Below, piece by piece: positions 46,101 to 54,385 of a DNA stretch of 64,000 nt. How positions within the stretch are numbered: position 1 is the first letter of the stretch; every line of letters starts with the position of its first letter. Source of the DNA: a virus; IMG/VR virus record IMGVR_UViG_3300043410_001892, positions 183,145-247,144 of that record; one strand, given 5' to 3'. Made by a program: the position numbers and the translations under genes. Below the pieces are notes generated by a model. The model did not search any database and had not been told where the DNA came from. It saw only the letters and a program-made list of their open reading frames with translations.

Positions 46101-49100
46101 AGCCGGTTATGTTACTAAATTAAACACACTGAGCGACATTGTTATTGATTATATTGCAGACGGTAGTTATAGTTCACCAAGAACAAGTGCTCGTACATAT
46201 CCATTGTTACCAGTAGGTACAACTGGAACTACAGCTTATAACTTATTCTTTGATACCGGAACAAATCCAGCTACTAAAACAACTGCTGAAACTACTATTG
46301 AAACTTCTGTATCAACTTTCTTAAAAAATGGTGCAAACTTAAGAATTAATATTGAAGCTGGCGGTAACCGTTCAATGTTAGGTAACGATTTTGCTATGTT
46401 TAATGATTTAGCATATGGTATTTTAGCTACTAATGGTGCATTTACTGAACAAGTATGTACATTCACATATTATGCGCATACCGGGCTTTGGGCAAACAAT
46501 GGTAGTAACTTACGTGGTGTAGGATGTTCAAATACATTTGGTAACTACGGTATGAGAGCATCCGGTTATGACGTTACTGAATTACCAGATAGTACAAATC
46601 TTGCTAATCATATGATTCAAACTGCTCGAGTATATAAGCAAGGCATAGTTGCAAACGAAATGATTCCAACCGCAACTGTTCCGGCTATTGCAGTGTGGAT
46701 CATTGGGTATGATTATATTCCAACTAATGGTTCAATTATGGAAATTAATCATTCTGTTAATAGTGGAACTATCAATAGTTACACTGTAACATCGGCAGAA
46801 TATACTACTATACAATTTGCAAATCAAACTGTTCTTAAATTAAATTTAAACACAACTGACACAGGTTCTGGATCAGGTTTATCAAAAGAATTGTACGATG
46901 GACAAATGGTTTCTATTAGATCACTTAAAAATGTTAAGTTTAATAATGTTGATAATGTTAAACCAACAAGACCGTCAACTGCGTTACAATATGTTGATAA
47001 TTTAAATGATGTATATCGTATCATTGCTTACAATTTAACAGAATCAACTGGTGATATGTTAGGTGATAACATTGCAATATTACAAAGTGATAACTCATTT
47101 GCATATTACAATTTTACAACTGATCCTAAATCAATAATAATAGGTGATCCTGATTCAAGTATCTATACTACTGTAGCATTAAACGGAGGCGCAACTACTA
47201 GTACATCATTAACTGTTACAAGTGCAACAGGTATTTTACAAGGTCACATAATTAGTGGTGTTGGCTTTACTGGACAGATAATTACTAACATTAACGGTAA
47301 TGTTCTTACATTAAGTTCAGCACCAAATGCCACACCATATGGCACTGTGTATTTTTCATTCAAAACACAAGGTTCTAAAGTAGGTGATACTAAAATTGCA
47401 GTTGATCAAGTTTCTCAATTAAGAATAATAGATCAAATTAACAAAGGCACTTATATTACAGCATGGAATGGTAGATTACATCGTGTATTGAGATATGTAA
47501 CTCCAACATTTGCAGTGTCTAAAACTTATGCATCTTACAACAGTGGTACTTCTACAATGGTAGTAACTGGTTCAGCAGGATCGATTACTGCTGGTATGTT
47601 AGTTATTAAACGAAATGCAACAACCGAAGCACTTGAATTTACCGGTACTGTAGTGTCGGCAACTGTAGTAGGTCTTACAACAGAAGTTGTGATATCAACT
47701 CCAAATCAAGTAGTAACTCCGTTAACTCAAGGCCCTGTAACATTTGGTGTAACTGCAAACGGTTATATTGAACTATCACCAAATGCATTTATAAACAATG
47801 CTGCTAATGGTGTTTCTGTTAATGCAATGACTTATCTAAGTTCAGACTTCCAAGTTGATAGTATTACTGCTAAAGTAGTAACTTTTGATATACCATTTAG
47901 TAAAGATAATTTATTACCAAAAGTTGATAGTTATCTAACATTTGCAGGCAACTCAAATGCAAGTTATAATGGCGAATATCAAATAACCAGGGTAATAAAT
48001 CAAACATTAGTAACATTGTCAACTATTACTGATTTTGTAGTAGGTATGGTTGTAACTTCACAAGTAACTACACAATTTATTACAAACTCAGGCGGTGTTT
48101 CAACATTTACATCAACTGCAAATCATAACATGGTATTAAATGATCCAGTAACAGTAAATGTTTCAAGTAATATGAATGGTCTTGTTCAAAGCACTACGTA
48201 TTATGTTAAAACAATTCCAACTTCAACATCGTTTACATTAAGTGCGACATCAGGCGGTACTGCATTAGGTAATTTTGGTATTGTTGTATCAGCTGGGGTT
48301 GTGATTATTTCGATAGCAACTAATTTAGGTGTATCAACGTTTACAACAAACACATCACATGGTTTAGTTTCTGGTAATACATTTGCACCAAATATCAGTA
48401 CAAACAGTTTTGTTGCTGGAACTACCTATTATGTTAAAGATGTAACATCAAATACGTTTACATTAAGTGCAACATCAGGTGGTTTAGCGTTAGGAAACTT
48501 TGGAACTACTAATGTAATTTCATCGTCAGTATCATTTAAAACTCCACAGACTGCTATTATACCCGGCGGTAGTGCAATTATTCAATCTGTTTCATCTGAT
48601 CCATTAGTTAAAACAATTGTAATCAGTCCTGCAGCATGGGTTCCTGCAAACTCGCCAATTAGAGCATCGTTAGCTGCAAGTGTAATGAGTATTTCAATTA
48701 CATCAGGTGGTTCAGGATATACATCTGCACCATCTTTAACAATTGAAGGTGGTTCTCCAACTCAACGAGCAACTGCAACTTGTACAATTGTTAACGGTGA
48801 GATTAATGAAGTTCGTGTAATTATTAAAGGTAGTGGATATGTTTCTATACCGTCAGTTACAGTTACACCTGCGGTTGGTAATATTCCAACTTCAACTGCT
48901 GTATTATCTGTAAACTTATCAACTGCTGTATTGCGTGATGCTACTTCAACAACTGGTGTGTCTACAATACAGATGTCTGCATTGTATCCAACAGATCCAG
49001 GTACATTTGGAACTGTTACATCGATTACAGTATCTGCTGAAACTACAACTACTACTACATATAATTCAGTTAGTGGTTATTCAATGGCTTATACAGTATC

Positions 49101-52100
49101 ATCAGGATCTACAAAACCTGCAAATGATACTTGGTGCAAGGTTGAAGGTAATAGTAATGCGTTGTATAATGGATTTTTCCAAGTTATTTCAACTGCAAGC
49201 ACTACAATTACATTATTTTCTCCATTAAATCCAGGAATTTATGGAACTGGTACTACAACTATTACTTCTACTCCTACAAACGGAACAAGTACAAGTTTAG
49301 GTATTAGTAAACCATTTAGTACTAAAGATGGATACACATTTAACATTGGTTATGCCGCAAATACATTTGCTCAAGTAACAACACGCATTAGTACATGTCG
49401 TGCTACTGGACATGACTTCTGTGATATTGGGACAGGTGGATATAGTACAACAAATATTCCATATTCAATCTATGGTGAGCCTGCATTAAGTCGTCAAGTT
49501 TCACATGAAACATTAGATGAAAGTGTAGGACGTTGTTTCTATGTATCAACTAACCAAGATGGTATATTTAGAGTAGGTAAATTCTTCTCAGTAGACCAAG
49601 GTACAGGTGTTGTAACACTTAGTTCAAAGACTGCATTGTCAAATATTGAAGCATTTGGATTTAGTGGCGGCGGTGCTGTTGTAAATGAATTTTCAACAGA
49701 CTCAACATTAACTGATAACTCCTCTAATAAAGTACCAGTTGAAAGTGCAGTACGTGGATATATTGATAAACGGTTAGGCATTGATCATGGTGGTTCTCCA
49801 TTACCGTTCTTGTCAATTATTGGACCAGGATTTGTTCCATTAAATGGTTCAGCAAAAATGACAGGAGATTTGGTATTAGGTGGAAATGGTATTACAGGTG
49901 TTAGATCTCCAATTTCATCGTCTGATGTAGTAACTAAAGGTTATTTAGAGCAATCATTATTAGCACACAATTCATTAAATGAACTCGATGATGTAACATT
50001 AACTACTCCAAGTAACGGACAATCAATATTTTATGATTCAGTATCAGCTAAATGGAGAAATGCTGTATTCTCAGGAGATGTTTCAGTTTTAGTTCGCCCA
50101 TCGACTACACTTGACAATGTTATTGTTAGTAGAGGAACAGCATCTGGTATTGATAGTGAGTTTACATGTGATGCAAATGTTGGATTGTTTGTTGGACAAC
50201 AAGTTACATTCTCTGGGACATATTCTGGTTCTGGGTTAATAAATGGTTATACTAATCCATCTACATATTTTATTATTGCAACTAATGGAACTACAACTTT
50301 CCAACTTTCAACTGTAAAAGGTGGTGTTGCTGTTACTGCTACTGCAGGTACATTAGGTTTAACTGTAACGGTTCCGTTGATGTCAATTGCAATAGGTAGT
50401 GGAAGAATTGTTAATAGTATGATTAGTTCTGCTGCTAAAATTGATCAAAGTAAATTATCTTTGAATTTAGCAGGTACATCAACTACTACAGGCGGAACAT
50501 TAGGTGTAGCAAGTTTCAGTAGTTATCAATTTAGTGTTGATGCTAACGGTTGGGTAACATTAGCTAATTCATCATCAGAAACAACCGGAACAACATTAAC
50601 TAAATTGCAGCATGTTCCAGCTAAAACTGTATTGAGTAACTTAACCGATGGTTCTACAAATGTTGTTGCAAATTCTGCATCTGAGGTAGTTAGAGTTGGT
50701 GAAGGTATACAACTTGGGTCGTTTACATCAGTTGGTGTTATGACAGTTACTTCAGTTTTAAATTCAAAACCAACTGGATTTGCTGTCGTTGGTATTACAA
50801 CAACAGGTGAAGGGTCAAAAATTGTTAAAACTGGTACATCAGGTGGTATTGATGTTGCTGAATTATTAATTGATGGTTATTCTGTTCTTGATGTTGATGC
50901 AACACCTGTAGGTGGAGCTGCTTCAGCAATTGTACAGTTTAAGACACCAGGTAACTACACATTCTTAACTGCAACAGGTAACAACACAGTTAATAACCCA
51001 AGTGTTATTAGTGTTGCCGGAACATTAGATGTTACTGGTACTAATAGTTCAATAAAATGTTCATCTTTATCAACCGGTAGCACAGGTACAGAAGGTACAT
51101 TAACTGGAGCTTGGAAATTAGCATCAGGTAGTTCGTTAGACTTTTCAGCAGGTTTTGTAACATCTTCGTCTGCAGGGTTAACATCGAGTGATTTAAATAC
51201 AATAACAAGACCAGCATTGATATTAGATTTTGCAAATAGTAAAACACTTGATCCTCGTATTTCGTTTACTCGTAATTCAATTGGAACATATACTAATGCA
51301 CAAGGTTTATTAGTAACTGCAAGCGTTCATCAAGCAAGATTTGATTTTAATCCAACAACTGGTGTATCAAAAGGTTTGTTAATTGAAGAACAAAGAACTA
51401 ATGTGTTATGTGGATCTGCATCATTTGCAATATCAGGCGGAACTAACCAATGGGTTGATAGCAGTATTTCAAGAGGGGTAGGATCAACTTCACCTGCAGG
51501 AACAGCTACTATTACATTTACTGCATCGGCAGGAAATGCAACAATTATAAGTAACGCAGTTGCATCGGGTACTTCATACAGAACTTTTTCAATATGGTTA
51601 AAAAGAGAAGCAGGTACAGGTGATATTCAATATACATTAAATAACGGTGCTACTTGGACTACACAGGCGATTACAAGTACATTAACACGTTATAGTTGGT
51701 CTGCTTCAGTTACTAATGCAAGTGTTGGTATTAGAATTGTAACATCAGGTAATTCAATTACAATGTGGGGAGCTCAGTTAGAAGATGGAGCATTTGCAAC
51801 ATCTTACATTCCGACTACAACTGCTGCAGTTATAAGAAGAGCAGATGTTGCAATCGTAAATGGAACTAATTTTTCAAGATGGTATAGACAAGCCGAAGGA
51901 ACATTTGTATTAACACATGCTGCATTAGGCATTGATGCTGTTGCAAATTCATATAATGGTGTTAAAGTTCAATCTACTGATTTAACTGCGTCTATGGAAA
52001 TACGATGCGGGTCAACTGGTACAGGTTTATTGTATGATGTAAAAGGTTTAACTAATACTGGTACTACTCAGTTTGATTTTATTGGATATTCAACATTAAC

Positions 52101-52320
52101 AGTAAATACTCCAGTTATGCAAGCATTTGGTTATAAGGCAAATGATTGTGCATATAGTGTAAATGGTGATGTTGCAGAAGAAGATACTGTAGCAACTATT
52201 CCAACTACAATTGCTGAAATGGTAATCGGAGGCGCAGGCGCACAATATATCGAAAGAATTGCGTATTATCCACGTAGGTTAACTAACTTGGAAATTCGTT
52301 CACTCACATCAACTCTATAA
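40195..52320 (+). CDS. Giant (4041 aa) fibre-like virion structural protein
   Basis: Single uninterrupted 12,126-nt ORF. N-terminus GNDGTGDSIREAFSKVNDNFSEIY resembles conserved tail-fibre N-terminal anchor segments. S/T/N/G/V-rich beta-type composition throughout. Confidence 0.85.
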   Translation: MAKKIIEIGVQGNDGTGDSIREAFSKVNDNFSEIYAVFKSEGKINFSDLSDGCTYISDQLITASHDGTTLIARDLVPGNGIFISATSSAITIEAQAASLSNDLKPEISAPFNANKFAIGRLSDPSEDLVDLFNLVYDIPTTLDELPVTVGYANRRYAQLTESGVIGVLENGVIVPSPIQTRAEPTTPDITNPLYDPTLTGNYLSTEVLPRKDVVYRGGDKMTGALILNDHPGAMAGTVGAMFDSDLQAATAFYVDNKTFTSNVNLYVSAASGDDLQLRTPAGKEGRYWNYAFKSIGAALLHAESLINLASQEPGPYKQRISYTLGADQTFSTVQRVRLTGGESTTPGYVAAFNLLQANRSFIQSETISYINKKYVNKFSYNKTLFSNRIEFLIKAVCDDLLLGATDPDTSVPGTNYRSIRSAVKYLHDDPYLEQSIQWLSAIEFIRNQIIEFTYDGPALQDYTTQLVTALCYDLIFSSNYQSIQAGIAFKNAGTKVSAEQLGSMLTIKPINILSVTVNGGVVTLNFLTQSSAFLLNSEILIDAVFTNVDDETNEIIIKPSETVNNVTTITSVTIDSASTVSSVSFRKGGYPFINDGTYTVTGSFDRKNLINLLLLTPGITTYPSSAVDITANATIVRDIVLTGTIPEPVMPTPNNPPAGYNVLGHVHAKSLLLDNISFIQAEVVAYLSSEFPDVSYNRELCLRDVKYIIWSLAYDLTYGGNSQSVYAGKKYWNNSTNFIIASEKTACVSVINYINTLAQAVIINSATTTTYQQSVRQYRNDTLTNGNVASASIASNVATIAAIVTSLSNVPAIINPSVTTGLAEMQTIFDRITADIGNYTDDTKSTSTIWYLDSYFPVIKTLTDKDKINNLFDQIISIVSGGVYPSVVPVYPIVTIPTPVNVNVTDAWIVQATGLLDQTAINTIAQSTNSYIASVYTTITYNSTTLQNDIKDLLFAAIYDLKYGGTLASFDVATTFTLLGSNVNTQKTIVQAAIDHAWSLTNTLLVGNITGDTSNHTVNKLREKFTFASSYFSNNPPIQGDDITVSLFSTTTYDNATKLRTLILNSLSTISNDTLTYIDSVFKGGFTYDESLCYRDLGLIIDAMSIDLITGGTYQSINAGKSFYKNSSARAVSIGTQYTQSFDGIMFAQSVALQVLNKQLKNRYQLLPQITQFATTNPSNLTYISTGELPTDSIGVTGDRSLPVSQNAIDTFVANMLRLTDIIQYGISVAATPSFGSGIWNLLIDNGGRGYVDQGSPSNNDLFPAKVIVGVGTSSIAASNAYGSIVTYTYGSDISGAPLVLGDVDTLQVRLTKPGFFKSAYTLVDLNWSFVGTTVTVTKANHTITQGTRIIVNFAQFFGSGSNAPIGTWIVSAVTTNTFSFVTSLAPIGTSTLMTVTVQVGEQIEFGETVRDLQLTMFIESGIYYEDYPLRVSSNISIKGDEFRRTIIRPKDRISQSPWRKIFFYRDAIVDALEVGLIDYTGTNYAPSGITASLDGVTNKIVVTLSGNFQAPLSWVGKVFADTNTTNGNAKRGKAVVDSVSGNTINCTVIYPFSVSGLYAAGSWKLFGTINYGRHYLTNPLDVTSTAKNNKDIDVLLCNEGTRIVGVTFQGHGGFAMVLDPEGNIKTKSPYIQECASFTQSNNYKRFAGGQYIDGFAGRLYGNIIGVSNDGITVTVQGETNSGLDIRPPQPPCSFYVRGKRYQIDDIVSFDATTATVVLTLDKTTPYLHTTSGVLTYDDVKAKRDIGYVLDAIASDAALGTTYRSVHAGRSFLKIYSSRLVGDLQDLTIAGINKALELSNTTLSGSTYSSIRTQYATNIAIITSMISNGVNATPTIVWSTSSTADDNLARNIIQNNKAFIKSEISAYIAQYFTLGDYPRYNVLTSERDVGYVLDAMTYDMFYGGDSQTKDSAEAFFYNNTSYIPDENVICSAAYTRLKAVLAAVVAGSPVVVSSGNSVSQILTNPPASSAGYVTKLNTLSDIVIDYIADGSYSSPRTSARTYPLLPVGTTGTTAYNLFFDTGTNPATKTTAETTIETSVSTFLKNGANLRINIEAGGNRSMLGNDFAMFNDLAYGILATNGAFTEQVCTFTYYAHTGLWANNGSNLRGVGCSNTFGNYGMRASGYDVTELPDSTNLANHMIQTARVYKQGIVANEMIPTATVPAIAVWIIGYDYIPTNGSIMEINHSVNSGTINSYTVTSAEYTTIQFANQTVLKLNLNTTDTGSGSGLSKELYDGQMVSIRSLKNVKFNNVDNVKPTRPSTALQYVDNLNDVYRIIAYNLTESTGDMLGDNIAILQSDNSFAYYNFTTDPKSIIIGDPDSSIYTTVALNGGATTSTSLTVTSATGILQGHIISGVGFTGQIITNINGNVLTLSSAPNATPYGTVYFSFKTQGSKVGDTKIAVDQVSQLRIIDQINKGTYITAWNGRLHRVLRYVTPTFAVSKTYASYNSGTSTMVVTGSAGSITAGMLVIKRNATTEALEFTGTVVSATVVGLTTEVVISTPNQVVTPLTQGPVTFGVTANGYIELSPNAFINNAANGVSVNAMTYLSSDFQVDSITAKVVTFDIPFSKDNLLPKVDSYLTFAGNSNASYNGEYQITRVINQTLVTLSTITDFVVGMVVTSQVTTQFITNSGGVSTFTSTANHNMVLNDPVTVNVSSNMNGLVQSTTYYVKTIPTSTSFTLSATSGGTALGNFGIVVSAGVVIISIATNLGVSTFTTNTSHGLVSGNTFAPNISTNSFVAGTTYYVKDVTSNTFTLSATSGGLALGNFGTTNVISSSVSFKTPQTAIIPGGSAIIQSVSSDPLVKTIVISPAAWVPANSPIRASLAASVMSISITSGGSGYTSAPSLTIEGGSPTQRATATCTIVNGEINEVRVIIKGSGYVSIPSVTVTPAVGNIPTSTAVLSVNLSTAVLRDATSTTGVSTIQMSALYPTDPGTFGTVTSITVSAETTTTTTYNSVSGYSMAYTVSSGSTKPANDTWCKVEGNSNALYNGFFQVISTASTTITLFSPLNPGIYGTGTTTITSTPTNGTSTSLGISKPFSTKDGYTFNIGYAANTFAQVTTRISTCRATGHDFCDIGTGGYSTTNIPYSIYGEPALSRQVSHETLDESVGRCFYVSTNQDGIFRVGKFFSVDQGTGVVTLSSKTALSNIEAFGFSGGGAVVNEFSTDSTLTDNSSNKVPVESAVRGYIDKRLGIDHGGSPLPFLSIIGPGFVPLNGSAKMTGDLVLGGNGITGVRSPISSSDVVTKGYLEQSLLAHNSLNELDDVTLTTPSNGQSIFYDSVSAKWRNAVFSGDVSVLVRPSTTLDNVIVSRGTASGIDSEFTCDANVGLFVGQQVTFSGTYSGSGLINGYTNPSTYFIIATNGTTTFQLSTVKGGVAVTATAGTLGLTVTVPLMSIAIGSGRIVNSMISSAAKIDQSKLSLNLAGTSTTTGGTLGVASFSSYQFSVDANGWVTLANSSSETTGTTLTKLQHVPAKTVLSNLTDGSTNVVANSASEVVRVGEGIQLGSFTSVGVMTVTSVLNSKPTGFAVVGITTTGEGSKIVKTGTSGGIDVAELLIDGYSVLDVDATPVGGAASAIVQFKTPGNYTFLTATGNNTVNNPSVISVAGTLDVTGTNSSIKCSSLSTGSTGTEGTLTGAWKLASGSSLDFSAGFVTSSSAGLTSSDLNTITRPALILDFANSKTLDPRISFTRNSIGTYTNAQGLLVTASVHQARFDFNPTTGVSKGLLIEEQRTNVLCGSASFAISGGTNQWVDSSISRGVGSTSPAGTATITFTASAGNATIISNAVASGTSYRTFSIWLKREAGTGDIQYTLNNGATWTTQAITSTLTRYSWSASVTNASVGIRIVTSGNSITMWGAQLEDGAFATSYIPTTTAAVIRRADVAIVNGTNFSRWYRQAEGTFVLTHAALGIDAVANSYNGVKVQSTDLTASMEIRCGSTGTGLLYDVKGLTNTGTTQFDFIGYSTLTVNTPVMQAFGYKANDCAYSVNGDVAEEDTVATIPTTIAEMVIGGAGAQYIERIAYYPRRLTNLEIRSLTSTL

Positions 52321-52330
52321 GGAATAAACA

Positions 52331-54382
52331 ATGAGTAGTTTTATAGGTAATAAACCAAATCAAGTACCAACAAATGGTGATCTGGGAAGATTAGCATTTA
52401 TGGATTTTATAGGCATGGAGGACATTGGGTCCTCCATCCCAACTATTGTATCTGCATCTAACATTTATCCACAAGTAAAGATATCTTATGTTAGTGGAAC
52501 TGTTACAATTGATACAATAACTCCTCCTCAGGATTTAATAAATGGTGGACAAATAACGTTAATACCAACTGGAGTATTTGCATTAAGCACTTCTGGAAAT
52601 ATTGCACTTGCAATCAACTCTGAAATTTCAAAAGCAATTATTTTGACATATGATTCAGTTGTTGCAAAATGGTATCCAAGTTATACTAATACAGTTAATA
52701 ATTTAACACTAAATGGTACTGCAAATTCTACTATTACACTTGGAACAGGTGGTACCGTTGCATACACAAAAGATAAATTATCAGTATTTGCGCAAACAAC
52801 TGCATCAGAATTTGCCAGTGTTATTTCAGATGGATCAACCGGTTCCGGTAAAATAGTATTGGCAACAAGTCCAACATTAGTAACACCTGTATTAGGTGCT
52901 GCAACTGCAACTTCGATTAATAAAATTGCACTTACTGCAGTGGCTACTGGATCTACAATTACACTTGCAGATCAAAAAACATTAACCGTAAATAACACCG
53001 TAACACTTACTGGTACTGATGCATCAACCATTACATTTGGGACAGGCGGTACCGTTACTTATACATCTAATAAATTATCAGTATTTGCTGCAACAACTTC
53101 ATCTGAATTAGCTGGTGTTATTTCAGATGAAACTGGATCTGGTTTATTAGTGTTTAATACAAGTCCAACATTAGTAACACCTGCATTAGGTGCTGCAACT
53201 GCAACTTCAATTAATAAAATTGCACTTACTGCGGTAGCTACTGGGTCTACAATTACACTTGCAGATCAAAAAACATTAACTGTAAATAATACAGTAACAC
53301 TTACTGGTACTGATGCATCAACCATTACATTTGGGACAGGCGGTACAGTTGCATATACATCTAATAAATTATCAGTATTTGCTGCAACAAGCTCATCTGA
53401 ATTAGCCGGTGTTATTTCAGATGAAACTGGATTTAGTACAACTGGTTTACTGATGTTTAATAACAATCCAACAGTAGTTACTGGAATAGTTGCTGATGCA
53501 GCATCAACTACATTTAATTTAATCAATACTGTTTCAACAACGGTAAATGCATTTGGTGCAGCAACAACATTAAATGTTGGATATACTGGTACAGGTGTAG
53601 CATCAACTACAAATATTTCAACAGGAGCATTAGCTGGATCATTTATTAAAACAGTTAACTTAGGAACCGGCGCTGCTTCTGGATCAACTACTAATATTAA
53701 TATTGGTTCAAATATTGCCGGAACTACAGCAATTAATAGTCCAACTATTTCTACATTAAGTGCTACTCTTGATTTATTTACAACAACTGTTGGAACTGTT
53801 AATTTTGGTAGTGTAGCCACTACTATGGGTATAGGATATACTGGTACTGCAGCATCTACACTTAATATTTCAACAGGCGCAGTTACAACTGGTACAACAA
53901 AAACAATCAATATAGGAACAGGTGGAGCTGCAAGTTCTACTACAACTATGAATATTGGAACAAGTGCAGGCGCATCTAATGTAACAATTGGGTCAACTGT
54001 ATCTGGTACAACTACTGTTAATTACAATTTAGATGTATTGCAGAACATTACAGCTCGTCAAAATGTTACAGCATATTTTAGTTCTGATAGAAGATTAAAA
54101 GAAAACATCACACCTATTGAAAACCCATTAGATAAGTTGTTAACATTATCAGGAAATACATTTAAGTGGTCTGATGAATACTATGCAACACAAAATCAAG
54201 AAATGGTTAAACAATATGATGTTGGGGTTATTGCTCAAGAAGTATTAGAAGTATTGCCAGAAGCAGTACATGAGCGTGATTCTGGAATGTTAGCAGTTGA
54301 TTATACAAAATTAATACCATTATTAATTGAATGTATTAAGGCTCAACAAAAACAGATTGATAATTTATTAGCAAAGGAGTAA
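52331..54382 (+). CDS. Tail fibre protein with C-terminal peptidase-S74 intramolecular chaperone domain
   Basis: C-terminus SSDRRLKENITPIENPLDKLLTLSGNTFKWSDE...VGVIAQEVLEVLPEAV...MLAVDYTKLIPLL matches the autoproteolytic chaperone domain of endosialidase/tail-fibre proteins. Internal ~98-aa tandem repeats. Confidence 0.85.
   Translation: MSSFIGNKPNQVPTNGDLGRLAFMDFIGMEDIGSSIPTIVSASNIYPQVKISYVSGTVTIDTITPPQDLINGGQITLIPTGVFALSTSGNIALAINSEISKAIILTYDSVVAKWYPSYTNTVNNLTLNGTANSTITLGTGGTVAYTKDKLSVFAQTTASEFASVISDGSTGSGKIVLATSPTLVTPVLGAATATSINKIALTAVATGSTITLADQKTLTVNNTVTLTGTDASTITFGTGGTVTYTSNKLSVFAATTSSELAGVISDETGSGLLVFNTSPTLVTPALGAATATSINKIALTAVATGSTITLADQKTLTVNNTVTLTGTDASTITFGTGGTVAYTSNKLSVFAATSSSELAGVISDETGFSTTGLLMFNNNPTVVTGIVADAASTTFNLINTVSTTVNAFGAATTLNVGYTGTGVASTTNISTGALAGSFIKTVNLGTGAASGSTTNINIGSNIAGTTAINSPTISTLSATLDLFTTTVGTVNFGSVATTMGIGYTGTAASTLNISTGAVTTGTTKTINIGTGGAASSTTTMNIGTSAGASNVTIGSTVSGTTTVNYNLDVLQNITARQNVTAYFSSDRRLKENITPIENPLDKLLTLSGNTFKWSDEYYATQNQEMVKQYDVGVIAQEVLEVLPEAVHERDSGMLAVDYTKLIPLLIECIKAQQKQIDNLLAKE
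52730..53470. repeat. ~294-bp tandem duplication (about 2.5 copies, >90% identity between the two full copies) inside the tail-fibre gene
   Basis: Copies start at 52877 and 53171 (ttagtaacacctg[t/c]attaggtgctgcaactgcaacttc...). A partial earlier copy ends near 52876. Confidence 0.8.
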
Positions 54383-54385
54383 TAC

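Noticed and set aside
40211-51247. Several short ORFs in other frames or on the other strand within the 12-kb gene (e.g. 40211-40405, 45878-46099, 48935-49228)
   Set aside because: They are fully contained in the giant ORF, which has a continuous coding signal. No independent start signals.
53266-53910. 214-aa minus-strand ORF inside the tail-fibre gene
   Set aside because: It is an antisense reading of the repetitive GTT/ACT-rich fibre sequence (Val/Pro-rich nonsense). The sense-strand gene has clear S74 chaperone homology.
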